A stretch of DNA of 64,000 nucleotides. Source: Felis catus (lineage: Eukaryota). A program made the position numbers and the translations under genes. The notes beneath the pieces were generated by a model. It made no database searches and was not told the DNA's origin. It saw nothing but the letters and a program-made list of their open reading frames with translations. The stretch spans positions 150,724,001 to 150,788,000 of the forward strand of contig NC_058368.1 of the NCBI RefSeq assembly GCF_018350175.1, in the 5' to 3' direction. This document shows positions 12,010 to 25,000 of the stretch, piece after piece (positions within the stretch are counted from its first letter, which is position 1; every line of letters begins with the position of its first letter).

Positions 12010-12234
12010 GGGGGACCTGGGTGGTTCAGTCAACTGAGCATCTGACTTCAGCTCAGGTCATGATCTTGGTGTTCATGAGTTTGAGCCCCACTGCTATCTA
12101 GCAGTTGTCAGCACAGAGCCTCCTTCAGATCCTCTGTCATCCTCTCTCTCTCTGCCCCTCCCCTGCTTGTGGTCTCTCTCTCTCTCAAAAATAAACACTT
12201 ATGAATGAATGAATGAATGAATGAATAAATAAAT
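12010..12234 (+). mobile_element. Can-SINE in the poly(A) remnant of the RPS24 retrocopy, with a (TGAA)n tail
   Basis: GGGGGACCTGGGTGGTTCAGTC...CAGGTCATGATC...CTCTCAAAAATAAAC; lies inside the pseudogene TSD pair. Confidence 0.93.
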
Positions 12235-14744
12235 AAAGTAATCAGCTTGAAAAGGTAAAAGAGGTTGCATTTTAGAGGCTAGCATGCAGGCATGAGATAC
12301 ATCACCAGCAATCTGTTCAGTGCTACTGCTGATGCTTCAGTTAGATCACCTGATGTCATATGTATCATTACAGGCCACAGAGAAAAGGTTTTGATGATGA
12401 TGGGGAAGTGCCTGGTGAGCTCCATGACAAGAATCATGTCATTGTGGCATTCTGCCTAATCCACTTCTGAGGATTGGTTCAGTGTTCACTCCTGGTTCCT
12501 TGTGTTGCACAAAGAAGTAACCCCCAAAGTTCCTTGCCTCATGCCTTAAAAGAAAGAGCCTTTTACCTCCTTCCCCTGGGCTCATCTCTGGTGCCAATGA
12601 AGTGCAAGAATCCACTGGATCTACCCAGTACCCATGTGCCCTCAGAAGCTTATTGCTTCGTAGGTCTTGCAAAGTACAGCTTGCTAGTAGGCAAGTGCCA
12701 TTAGCATAGAACCACTCACAGGCTGACTGTGTGCTCTGTGGCTTAAACTTTAGATGTTACCACTGCATTCCTAGATTCTGGCTTCCCCAGTAGCTGCTTG
12801 GACAGACTAGATGGCACAATCTGAAAATGCTGAGGAGTTGATATTTAGTGAAGTAAACTTGACCATTCTTTGACAAGAACTGTAAGATAACTTCTTCATT
12901 GTTCCTATGACTTCTCTGAAGACAATCCCATAAAGCCAAGCAATCTGCTGCACTTACCACAAAGCCAAGACCAGCTAGGTAATGAACACCCTGCTAATCA
13001 TTCCTCATGTTTCACTCCTTTACTTTATTTTTTCCTACTAGATTCCTAGGATTGCATTACAAAAAGATATATAGAATATAAGTTTTTCCCTTGAACCCTG
13101 TTATCTAGGGATCCCAAACAAGGAGATTGTGGTTTTTTCTTAACATGTCTATAAAACTATTATTCTTTGTACAGTGGGGACATACATAATGTTGATTAAA
13201 AGAGAATCTTAATATTAAAGAAAAAATGGGAGAGGAAAAAAGATACTAGAGAGTGTGCTGCATCTAAATGAGAAAGTAACCCAGAAAGAAGATAATTGAT
13301 TCAAAACACATGGAATTGATCAGAAGAGCAGTCCTAGAAAGGTAACTGAGGCATGGCTCTAGAGTAGAGCAAGAAAATGGAGGTCTACAGGAGGGAGGTC
13401 AGGAAAATGACTTTTAAAACTGTGTACATTTATTACTTTCATTGTGTTTAAGCTAATTAAAATAGGTGGATCATTTCCAGATGTTTGCTGAACTATATGG
13501 TATAATTCTAGAATTGGGCAGTGGCATGCAAAAGTACAAGACAAGTGGCCAACAGAGAGCCATAGTGAGCATGGCAGGGCCTTCTAAGGAGAAGCAGAGC
13601 AGCATGCAGTGCGTCAGTATGAGTTGGAGCAAAACCATCACCAGGTTCAGAATTAACTATAGATCAGAGGTTCATGGACAGATTGGAAATTGATGGGTAG
13701 TGTTTCAGGGCTCAGACAGTGAAGCTTGACATAGACTAAGTTGCCACAAAGAGCTGAGATGGACCAGACAGGTTCCCCGGCAAATGTTTTGAGTACCAGA
13801 AAGTCAGGGATCTAATTAAGATTAAAAATGGATCAGGAATTTAGGCAAGGAATCAAATAACAGGAACACAACACCCTTGACAAAAACAAGCAAACAAAAC
13901 AAAATTTGGCATTCTAAAGATATTGTGACTCAGGTCAGGGACTATTTCTGAACATAGGAACCAGCCGCCTTTATTATCTACCTTGAAGCTTTCAGCTGGA
14001 GTCCTTGAGGGTAGGTTAGATCTCTTGACTGGAGTGGGGAATGAGGAAGCAGCATTTCTGGTATAATATAAATCATATCTTAGTGATGTATGTCATAAAC
14101 TTTCAATAAAATGGCACAGTTAACATTTTATGTGTTTGATAAATTGAAGCTGGTATTCCTTCCATCTCCAGAAGTGTATAAGTCACTATTTTGAGCCAGA
14201 AGGAATAAAAAAAACCCATTTTCTTTTGGGATATTTTTCTAGAACTGATGGCCTCTACAACAATAATCAAAATTGCTTTCCCACATAGTTTTATAAGGGA
14301 CACAGTGGAGGGTGGCAAACCTTTATCTAATCTAAATCACCCCTTCTGGATGTGAATGTTATTCGTATGCAGAAGTAGAAGAATAATCTCTATTGTGACC
14401 TCTCTTCTCTTGTCCCAATTCATTCATCCATGGAAATGATGGTCAGAAATGGATTCTTAGATCAGTTGTCCATCTTCACAGGGAAGTTTAAGTAATTAAG
14501 AACTTAAGACTTAAGTACACCTCTAAAACATTCTAAAACTCTACAAGGGATCAGGGCTATAAGGTAAACAGGGCATAGTGACTGCCCTCAGGAAGCTCAC
14601 ATTCTAGTGAAGAATGGAGGCAAGAATACAACCCTGTTCCTCACTGTGATGAGTGCTCTAATTAGGATAAGGACATAACGTTTTAGAATCCCTGTGGGGA
14701 GTGTCTAACCTAATCTTAGGGATAGGAAAGCTTTTTGGAGTAGA

Positions 14745-15299
14745 TTTTATTCAAAAGGGTTATTGCAATCAGGGGAAGGTGACTGTTGCAATAGGGAGAA
14801 TATGTAGACTATAAGATCTTAAAGTTTATGCAGTATTTTTTTTCTTTTTATAGGGATGGGGGAAAAAGCTAGAAGGAATCAGGTATGGGATAGTGGGATG
14901 AGTTAAGTATCATCAGACAATTATCAGGGAAGGTCTTTTCTTACAATCAGCTGATCATGTGGAGAAGTTGTTAAGGAGGGTTGTTTTGCCCCAAAGCCCA
15001 AGGGTGAGCCCAAAGTTCTGCATATAGCAGAAGAAGAGAAGCCTGACTAAAGTTTGTCAAGTGAAGCATTTTGTACAGATTGGCCAGTGGGGACACACAG
15101 TTCAGCTAGTCATTTAAGAAGCAAAGATCAAGAAGAGGAGGGTCTGTCTCTAGCCTTGTCATAGGTAAACAAGGAGGGCGTCTAAGAAGAAGAAGACTGG
15201 CTCTTTGCAGTAAGCCTTTTCCTGGAGCACAAAAGAATTGGAGTTGGGGGATTTATTGTATCTTTTTCTAGGAGTAGAAGGCTCAGGTAAAGTTCAATA
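14745..15299 (-). mobile_element. Probable old ERV solo-LTR relic within L2-like sequence
   Basis: Minus strand starts TATTGAACTTTACCTGAGCC (LTR-type TG.. start, from recall) and has AATAAA near its 3' end (plus TTTATT ~14746). Family uncertain. Confidence 0.45.
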
Positions 15300-15727
15300 T
15301 TATCAATGCCTGAACTGATACTATTAAGCATCAGGGGAAATTTGAGATGGGGGAGCAGCCTTGAGTCAGGATAAACATGGCATATTAGAGGCATATGACA
15401 AATTGGTGCAGTTGACCTTGGAAGTAGGAAATTGAAGTCTACTGCAGTAATTCAGAAAGAAATGTTCACTTGAATTAAGGAGTGGTAGTCAAGTGCCCAG
15501 ATAAATGTTGGCCTATAAGATGGAGTAAGCTGTTGTAAAGGGAAATCTAGGCAATGTTAGCTAAAAAACAACCAAAGATTTACTAAGGAAGACTGCACCT
15601 CAGTTGAGAAAGCAGCCAAAGGAGTAATCAGATCAAGAGGGTGGACGCTCCGCTCGATCTGAAATAAGATATCAGATCTTTATATCCAGAAGGCCAAGAG
15701 GCAGAACTACATAAAACAAATCTATTT

Positions 15728-16940
15728 TCTGGGCAATGATTTTTTTCGATATGATTCCTAAAGCACAGGCAACAAAATAAAAAAAAAAATGACAAATGGT
15801 TAAAAGCCTCTGCACAGCAAAAGAAACAGTCAACAAAGTGAAAAGGCATCCCACTGAATGGGGAAAAATACTTGCAAACCATACATCTGATAAGGTGTTA
15901 AAGTCCAAAATATATAAGGAACGCATACAATTCAAGAACAACAACAACAACAAAAACCCCTAGTAATCCATTTAAAAAGTGAGCAAAAAAGTGAATAGAC
16001 ATTCTCAAATGAAGACACGCAAATGGTCAACAGGTATATGGAAGATTGTTCATCATCAGGGAAATGCAAATCGAAACCACAATGAGACATCGCCTCACAC
16101 CCACTAAAATGGGTACTATCAAAAAGACAAAAGAACAAATGTTGGCAAGGATGTGAAGAAAAAAGAACCCTATTCACTGTTGGTAGGAATGAGAATTAGT
16201 ACTCATATTGTAGAAAACAGTATGAAGGTTCCTCAAAAAAATTAAAAATAGAACTACCATACAATGAAGCAATCCCATTTCTAGGTATATATCCAAAGGA
16301 AATACAATCAGTAGCCAGAAGAGATATTATCTGCACTCTCAAGTTCATTGCAGTATTATTCACATTAGCTGTGATACAGAAATAAACTAAACAGCTACCT
16401 ACAGATGAAGGGAAAAAGAAAATGTGACATATACATACTATGGAATATTATTCAGCCTTAAAAAAGAAAGAAATCCAGTCATTTGTGACAACATGAATGA
16501 ACCTGGAGGGTACTGTGATAGATGAAAGAAACACAGAAAGACACTGTATGATGTCACATGTATGTAGAATCTAAACAAGTTGAATGTTCAGAAACAGACA
16601 GTAGAATGGTGGTTGTGAGGGGTAGGGGAAATGGGGAGATGTTAGCCAAAGGGTTCAAAGTTTCAGTTATGCAGGATGAATAAGTTCTGAAGATCTAGCT
16701 TATATCTAGCTTATAGTCATAATGACTATAGTTAACAATGATCATATTGTCACTTCAATTTTGCTAAGATCTTAAATGTTCTCACCACACACACAAAAAT
16801 AACTACGTGAAGTGATGGATATGTTAATTAGCTTGCTTGTGCTAATCATTTCACAATGTATACATACACTAAAACATCATGTTGTACACTGTAAATATAC
16901 TTAGTTTTATTTGTCAGTTATACTTTGATAAAACTGGAAG
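15728..16940 (+). mobile_element. 5'-truncated L1 (L1MA9/L1MB-like 3' end)
   Basis: ORF2 C-terminal motifs (GNDFF.MIPKAQATK; CTAKETVNKVKRHPTEWGKILANH.SDK; REMQIETTMRHRLTP.KM) followed by an L1MA/MB-type 3'UTR. Confidence 0.92.
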
Positions 16941-17669
16941 ATAAGTTTTTTTTTTAATGTTGTAGACCTACTTTAAGGTAATTAGATGACTATGAACCCA
17001 CTGTAATTTGTCATCCTTCACCACCATGTTCACATTCTCAGTATCAACAGCTTTGAATTAAGCAATGCAGTCACTGTTAGTCACATTTGAAGACTTAGCT
17101 AAGTTAATATAACCAGTACTAATCCAGAGCCTTAAGTACATAACTCATGCTAGAGCCAAAATGATACTGTAACTAAGAAATGAAACTCCATCTTACTGGA
17201 ACTTCCACAAAATCAGGACCACATTTCTTCCAAATAACAAATAAAATGAATTATTTGCCAAAATCTGTTTAACATAGTCATTGTCAACAAATATTAATAT
17301 TAAGCCTGTAGAGTTTCGTGAGATATAGGGTTTTTGGTATTTGTTTGTTTCCTTATTTATTTCCTTTTTGTATTGATGAAATTAATTGGGAAACTCTCTT
17401 AACATTGGATAGATTTTGCAAATGCTAGAGTCTCTAATAGTAATCTTTTTAATAGACTTTTTCTCTTCCATTCGTCCATCCAGCAGTTAGTGAGTAATTA
17501 TGATATGCCAGGAAATGTGCTGGGTCCCAGGAATATAAAAATGAACAAAACAAGGCTCTACACTTAAGGATTTCATATTAATGAAAAGGACAATCATCCA
17601 TACAGTTATAATACATTATATACGTATCATGTACTAATTTACAAACTATGATGTGAGCTCATACATTCC

Positions 17670-18056
17670 CTAAAATCTCATTCAGCCCCAGGCTTGTTTT
17701 GTATGGCTGGGGAGTTAAAAATGTTCTTTACTTAAGGATAAGAACAAACTGAGGGGTTGATGGAGGGAGGCGGGTGGCAGATGGGCTAGATGGGTAATGG
17801 GTATTAAGGAGGGCACTTGTGATGGGCATTGGGTGTTGTATGTAAGTGATGAATCACTGAATATTCCTAAAACCAATATTGCATTGTATTTTAACTAAAT
17901 AGAATTTAGATAACAATTTAAAAAGAAAAAAAATGTTCTTTACATTTTTAAGGGTTTCTTTAAAAAATAAATAATGACAAAGAATATGAAACAGATACTT
18001 CATGTGCCCACAAAAGCTAAAATATTTAGATGTTACAGAAAAGTCTGCTGACCTGT
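17670..18056 (+). mobile_element. MER58-type hAT-Charlie DNA transposon relic, split by a short L1 3' end
   Basis: GTTTTGTATGGC...TACATTTTTAAGGGTT...AGAATATGAAACAGA...CCCACAAAAGCTAAAATATTTA...TTACAGAAAAGTCTGCTGACC, resembling the MER58C consensus. Confidence 0.7.
17732..17928 (+). mobile_element. Very short (~200 bp) carnivore L1 3'-terminal insertion with perfect 15-bp TSD
   Basis: Same 3'UTR motif as the L1 at ~930-1130 (AACAAACTGAGG...GATGGGTAATGGGTATTAAGGAGGGCACTTG...GATGAATCAC); TSD AAAAATGTTCTTTAC at 17717-17731 and 17929-17943. Confidence 0.93.
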
Positions 18057-19557
18057 GCTCTAGACCAGTGATTCTTAAATGAAGATTTTCCTCAAAATTA
18101 TATGTGAACTTTATTAGTTGTTGTTAAATACACATGGTGGATGGGATCCTGGCATTGGTATTTTTACTACAATCGGGTGATTCTCATGGGTTGAGAAGCT
18201 TTGCTCCATACACTTTGCCTAAGACAGTTTTCAGAACATTGACATGGGTTTATAGAGACTCTTAGTGAGGACTTTTTAAAAATAACACAGTTTACACAAA
18301 GAATATACCCAAAGAATATTCCTTTTACTTTATTTTGCATGATTTAGTGGAATAGCCCCTACCTCTTATATAATAACATTTTAAATTAATATATAACATT
18401 TAAATTAATACTCTTCTTTGAAAGGCAGAACACACATTCACATCTGTTATATAATTTGATCTTAATAACAATATGGCTTAGAATTACTGCTTTACAGATT
18501 AAAAAAACTAAGGTTTAGAGAAGTCAAGTGCTCAAGGTCATATAGGGCTTCTGATTCCTACTTCATTGTTCTTTCTCAACACTGTCTCCTACTTACTTTT
18601 TCTGATTCCCCATTGAAATAGACTACACAGTCTATTCTTACTACCCAGTAGCAAAATTTCATTACATTCCATAAATCTGTTAGCTAAAGCACGTAATTCC
18701 TGTTTAACTTGAGAGCCTGTATGTCTTAAGGCAGACTTGTGTTACAATAATTCCTCTAATTTGCAAGCACTTTTTCACATATATTATGTACTTGAAATAA
18801 ACTAGAAGCTAACTCCTACTCGGGTATAAATGGAGAAAAAAGTATCTCTCTAGAGCATTATTCAACACAAAGCTCATGAAATAATTTGCAGAGGCACAAG
18901 GTTCATCCTGCCTAAGCAAATTAAACAATTTTGTTAACCCTGATGTCTTTTGTTAGAAGTAAAATTTATGATAACTGTATTGGCTCTGCACTACATAGCA
19001 CCCAGAAGTCTTTGCTCTCAGCTAGAGCTATTTTTACCCTAGGATATTGATATTCTTCTACTTAAAAAATATTCCAACTAAAAATAAATATAAATGCCAC
19101 ATTCTTCGAATATGCAAAACTCAAACAATGGAAAAATAATCAAAGAATTATTTACAAATATTTTGGATGTTTTCTTCCTTCTTTCCATGAGTCTTTTTAT
19201 TTTGGACCAATCATTATATTCAGAAAATATCGGAAGAGAGATAATTCAAACACATCCCTTATTAGATTGTGTATTTGTCAGTCTCATTGATAATTATTGA
19301 TGTTAGAAATGAAAGAGTAATGCATTTTAACCCCATACTGGCATAACTTGGGAGGATATTCAATACTGCTCTATAGGTAGTATGATATCCATCTTGCTGT
19401 CCAAGGTGGGAAAGGGGGGGTGGTTAGTTAGGAATAAATTTAGAAATTCATGCCAAAGCAGACAGTGGAAAATAGAATTCTATAACATCCACTGTGTGCA
19501 GAACACAAAGGCCAGTTATCAGAGGATTCTGAGCACACTTTTTAAAAATAGGCTTTA

Positions 19558-19760
19558 GGGGCACCTGGGTGGCTCAGTCAGTTGGACGTCCCACTTCGGC
19601 TCAGGTCATGATCTCAAGGTTCACGAGTTTGAGCCCTACGTCGGGCTGTGTTCTGACAGCCCAGAGCCTGGAGCCTGCTTGGGATTCTGTGTCTCCCTTT
19701 CTTTCTGCCCCTCCCCCAGCTTGTTCTCTCTCTCTCAAAAATAAATAAACATTAAAAAAT
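19558..19760 (+). mobile_element. Can-SINE, inserted in an old L1 3'-end fragment (minus, ~19540-19908)
   Basis: GGGGCACCTGGGTGGCTCAGTC... complete SINE; flanked by TTTTAGAGCAGTTTTATATTTACAGAAAAATT, an L1MC-like terminus. Confidence 0.93.
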
Positions 19761-20167
19761 ACACTTCATTTTTAGAGCAGTTTTATATTTACAGAAAAAT
19801 TGTAAAAGTATACTCCTCCCCTCCCTTCACTGTTTCCCCTATTATTAACACCTTGCAAAGGTGCGGTACATCTATTACAACAGTTAAAACCCATACAGAT
19901 ACATTACTGAATGCAGTATCTGGAGACAACAAGTTCAAGTATGTAAAAAAGAAAAGCTATTTGGGGCTAGTGAGTAATTAATAATAGGCATTTTGAAAAT
20001 AATATTGGAAGAAGTAAAATATTATAAAGAGTTTGCTTATTCAAATGAAAGGGAATGAGATAGGGTTTTCTGGGTGCTTCTAAGAAAGAAGTTTCTTCAC
20101 TTTTCTGTGGTAGCTTCCAAAAGCTAGCCTCTCTTTCTACAGTCATTTTGCCACCACAAAAGAAACT

Positions 20168-20422
20168 TTAAAAAAAATTTTTTTAATGTTTATTTATTTT
20201 TGAGAGAGAGTGAGAGAGAGAGAGAGAGAGAGAGTGAGAGAGAGAGAGAGAGCAGGGAGGCAGGGAGGTGCAGAAAGAGAGACAGAGACCTAGAATCCAA
20301 AGCCAGCTCCAGGTTCTGAGCTGTTAGCACAGAGCCTGACACAGGGCTCAGACACACATACCATGAGATCATGACCTGAGCCAAAGTCTGATGCTTAACC
20401 GACTGAGCCACCCAGTCACCCC
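20168..20422 (-). mobile_element. Can-SINE with long (GA)n
   Basis: Complete SINE; TSD-like AAAAGAAACT on both sides. Confidence 0.95.
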
Positions 20423-20434
20423 AAAAAAGAAACT

Positions 20435-20640
20435 ATCTTTAGGATGAAGATGACAATGTAGAAGGCAGAGAAGAGAGAACAAAATAAAACAAACTTCGTT
20501 TTGATATCCTGGAGTCACTGAATCAAACCAGTACTAAAACCCACAATTACTCTACAATCAGGTGAGCCAATAAATCCTCTTTACTATTGAAGTTAGTTTC
20601 AGTTGAATTTTCATTACTTGCAATAGGAAGAATTATAAAT
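20435..20640 (+). mobile_element. MLT1 (MaLR) LTR 3' fragment
   Basis: GTGAGCCAATAAATCCTCTTTA...AGTTTCAGTTGAATTTTCATTACTTGCAA, a typical old MLT1 3' end. Confidence 0.6.
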
Positions 20641-21649
20641 GATGTTGTATTAAATTATATTTAAGATAACCGCAGGATTGTGTTGTTTTTCTTCAGTGTT
20701 CCCATCAGACACTGTTATGGATGGATATGCAGACCAGGTGGGTGTTTACCTGACTGCTACAACCAAGATTCTGCAAACTGGTGGCAAACTAGGTAGACTG
20801 CAACTCATGTGCCAAAATTTCTTCCCTAATGGTTTTCATTTCTGCCTGGGAGTAGCTGTACTCACACAGGGTTGTTAGCTGAGCTGGGAAAGATCACCAT
20901 GTCTGAGGGCACATTAGGAATGTGACCAAGGGCCCAAGATGCAAGGATATTTTGAACACTCTTCACCCCCACTTAACCTCACAAAATATATGAAAGAAGA
21001 GTGCTCATTGCCTAAATAATTTGGTACAAAAAGCTGAGGTGAACACATACAATGTGATACTTTTTTTGTAGAGTTAAAAACAAAATAAAAACATGGTTTT
21101 AACTAGTATTTACAAATGCATTGAACATACAAAGGAAACTAAAGGAATTATGACACAGGAGGTAGAAGGAGGGCTATTCCAGTTGGGAGATGGGTTGGTA
21201 GAGACCCACAAGGTTAATCACAAGTTTTCTGAATGGTCCTAACTTTGGTGTTGAGGAGGTATTCGCAAGAGGCTTATTACTTTATTGAAAATACAACACA
21301 AAACAAAGCATGAATTAAACGATAAAACTTTGAAAAACTACAGGGTAAATTTGTATAAAATATGTCAATATTTTTTGTTTCCCTTCTAGACTTAGAAAAC
21401 ATCAGAAAACTCAATAACAAAGGCCTAAGTCGGAGACCTACTTCCAAAGAACTTTTCAAATGACTTGTCATTTTGTGGTGTAACTCTGCTTTCTTTACCT
21501 ACAGTTAAGGACCTTTGGTCTGCCTCTTTGCTTAAGGGTGAATGGGACAAGTAATGGTTAATAAAGTTAGGTTGGTTGAATCAAATCTACTCCTTTCTTT
21601 CCTGCTCTCTTGTCTCCCAGGGTGCCTAGGAATATATTTTCAGTGATAC

Positions 21650-22023
21650 TTCACATTGCTCAGGCTTCCATAGCAAAATACCATAGACTGGGTGGTTTAA
21701 ACAACAGAAATATATTTTCTCACAGTTTTGGAGGCTGGGAAGCCCAAGAATACTGTGCCAGCATGTTTGGTTTCTGGTGAGGACCTTATTTCTTCCTTGC
21801 AGACAACCACCTTCTTGATGTGTCCTCACATGGAGGAGAGTGAGAGCTCTCTGGTGTCTTTTCCTCTTATTAAGACACCAGTCCCATTGGATCAGGGCCT
21901 GCTCTCTGACTTCATCTAACCTTAATTACTTCCATAACAGCCCTATCTACAAATGCAGTCACATTTGGGGTTAGGGTTTTAAGTTGTAAATGTGGGTGGG
22001 ACATAAACACTTAATATGTAACA
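21650..22023 (-). mobile_element. MLT1A/B-type MaLR LTR
   Basis: AAAATACCATAGACTGGGTGGTTTAAACAACAGAAAT...TTCTCACAGTTTTGGAGGCTGGGAAG...GTCCTCACATGG...ACCTTAATTACTTCC...TAACA. Confidence 0.85.
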
Positions 22024-25000
22024 GTGACCAATTCCCTGAAATCCTTTTTTCCCCCCTTGGGAAAACTACTTATCTGGTTATCTTAGTCCTTTAAGTTACA
22101 AGTATAAATAGCTTCTTCCTATTTTCATATACAAAGTCAGAGAACATTTTGAGAACAGCAGATTATCAGAATGAAGAATATGCTTGGGTCTCTCTGCCAA
22201 TCTGGCCACCCTGGAGGTGACGCATAGATGTTGGTGTTGGTGGTCAGATGCTCTGCCCGTAGGTACAGACAGGGTCTATGAGGCAAAGACTCAAATAGAA
22301 ACAGAATCTACAAAAAAAAAACTGTAACCACAAACCAAAGTCCACTTATCCACACATCTGCATGTGAGGATAGTAATCAATGTCAATAATATTTTCTTTT
22401 AATGTAACAGATAACTATATATGTACATTTGTACATACATACAAAGACATACACTTAGTCTGTTTCAGAAATCATTAATTTTCTCTTCAACTAATCACTC
22501 TTTCTCTGGCACCAAAATACCAAACCCCCTTTTATGAGGTACTAAGGCCCAAACAGGTTTTCCAAAACCCGATTTTTAGCGTTGTACTAAAATCTCATGT
22601 CTGAATATTCATAAAGTAACTTTCTGCATTTTAGGCAAGCAAATGGCAGGCTTGGGACTTATCTTTTGATAACCAAGTATGAAAATTACTCTCTCCATTT
22701 CATTTGTGAAATAGCTACTGTTCCTGTAAAGCTAACTTTTAATTTACTTATCAATGGTGAAGCCATTTTTCTATTCTGAATTAAGAATAAAGTTGTTGAA
22801 CAAAAAAGGTGGATTCTTGCTGAGAAACGTAGGATGTACAGGAAAAACCTGCAGTGTGTTATGACTTCGTTTAACAACTAAATACTAACACAGTTTCAAC
22901 AATAACTCTCATTAGAGGACTTTGCTTCTTTTGAAATACATATGAGAGGTTTGGATACTTTTCATATATAGCATTTGGGTTGGTTATTTTATTTCAAAAA
23001 ATATTTACAGTTCAGGTACATTCAAATCCTTTAAAACCAGTATTTGAGAATGACAATAAAAATTTAATTAAGTTAAATGTAGACTATTTTCTCACTCGTG
23101 GCCTGCATCTATCAAAGTCTTAGCATGAATATGAGAACTTAAGATTGAGAGAACTGTTCTAGATATGTAATGGAGAAACTTTAAAGTCCTTTTCTGTACG
23201 TCTAGTTAATAGATGTGAACAATAGACTCATACCTGCAGCGCATGAATGGGGAAAGCGGCTTGTGCAGGGTGCAGGAACAGTATCACCGAAGGTCTTATG
23301 GGTCAGAAATGGAATTTTAAAATTACTCCACTGCTTCACAAGGAACCTGTATAAAGAATAAAGTCAGTACAATGTGCTCTGAGGCTAGGGAGCGAGTTAA
23401 CCACCTGGTGGCAACTGCCTTCAAAAGCGGTGCAGAAGTGTTCTCGCTCTCTAATGTATTCCAAGGTTGGGGCATGGCATCCCCACCTACTGATCCTCAA
23501 TTCTGATGAAAATACAACCAAAGGACTTTGCTGACCCTGAAACCGGCTTCTTTGGGTGGCCCCCAAGGTTAAAGTGGAAGGTTAAAGAAGTTCTAAGGCT
23601 AGACACCCATAAATAACGACTTGGGCCTCACAACTCAGCATTTTTGCAAACTGCGGCAGGCTGTCTTTGGTTTCTTAAGCCAGCGACAACTTTAGGCACC
23701 CTTAGTTTATGGAAATTGTCATAACCTCACCTCTAACTGACAATTGAGAATGGCTGAAATGGAATAGCACGATTATTTTTAAGGAGGTCAACTCTCTGTT
23801 TAACTCTGGGGGATCTCTTGTTCCTAACTCGTAAATTAGTAGTTATGTGTTAACACAAAAAGTGATTTAGAAAGGTCCTCCTTCACTAATAGGATTTGCT
23901 CAAATGCTTTACTTATGCCACACTGTAACAGTTAGTGCTTCAGTGGGGGTTAAGTAGGAATATTTGAAATTTTTCAGTGATTAACAAATCAAAGCCATTA
24001 AAGATTTTGGTTGTTTTTTGTGTATTTCTTGCTTTCAGGATTAGTATTAAATGGAAGGAATAAGATCCCTTTTAACTTGGAGGCAAGACTGAATTGATCT
24101 GATATGGACTGACTAAGGAAAAGATTTTTAGATACATCTCAATATACTGAAAATAAGATTAAGAAGAGGAATTTAAATTTCTTAAAAGGATGAAAAAATT
24201 TATATTTGCCTGGTAGTCATTATAAAATTATCCTCAGAGCAAAAATTTCAGGAAATAAACTATTTCATAAGAGTAACCATTAGTTACTAGTAAAATGAAT
24301 AGCATAATCTAGTTTCTGGCAAAAGAGGCTAAGGCAGTTGGTATTTTCATGGGAAACTACTCATTTCTGGATTACAATTGAGTTTGGAGAGACCTTTGAA
24401 AAAGCAAAGTGCTTTCAACCATGCCTCGGTGTGTTATTTTGATTAAAAAAATAGCCCCTCAGGTAAAATTTAAATATACTTTCCAAAAAGTCATGTTATA
24501 TGTTTTCTAGCAAATTCAAATAATTGCTCAGAAGTACACTCATCAGTTTTAGCAATTATTAGTAATAATGGCGATTAAATATATTTATATGAACAATGAG
24601 CACAATTATTTCCCTTTAAAATTTACTTTGTAATCAAGCAAGCATACTCTCCACCTGATAAACTGTGCACTGGTGAGTGAACATTTTTTCATTTAATATC
24701 CTTATTCGCATTTTTCTTGATGCTTATTTGTATATTTCTATTGATATAATAGTTTGCAAGAAAAAGAGCTCATGTCTGTGCCTGAAGGTGGAATCTTATG
24801 AATATGCAAATAATGTTTTGATGTGATGAAGTTTTTCTTTGGAATGGAATTGTGCCTCTTAAGTGATATTGAATATTAGCCATAGCTTAGGAAGGACATA
24901 AACCACGTGAAGACTTGAGGTTTTAAAGAAAAAAATATTTGAGAAATAGTTATAAAATTTCTAGTTATAAAATGCTGCATTGTTGAAGCTGGTCTTACTT

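Noticed and set aside
11596..12033. 145-aa minus-strand ORF
   Set aside because: Antisense to the RPS24 pseudogene and starts inside a SINE; no independent coding signal.
15674..15705. Annotating a U2 snRNA gene or pseudogene
   Set aside because: Similarity covers only ~25 nt with mismatches and a gap and stops before the branch-pairing GTGTAGTA; kept only as a hypothesis in findings.
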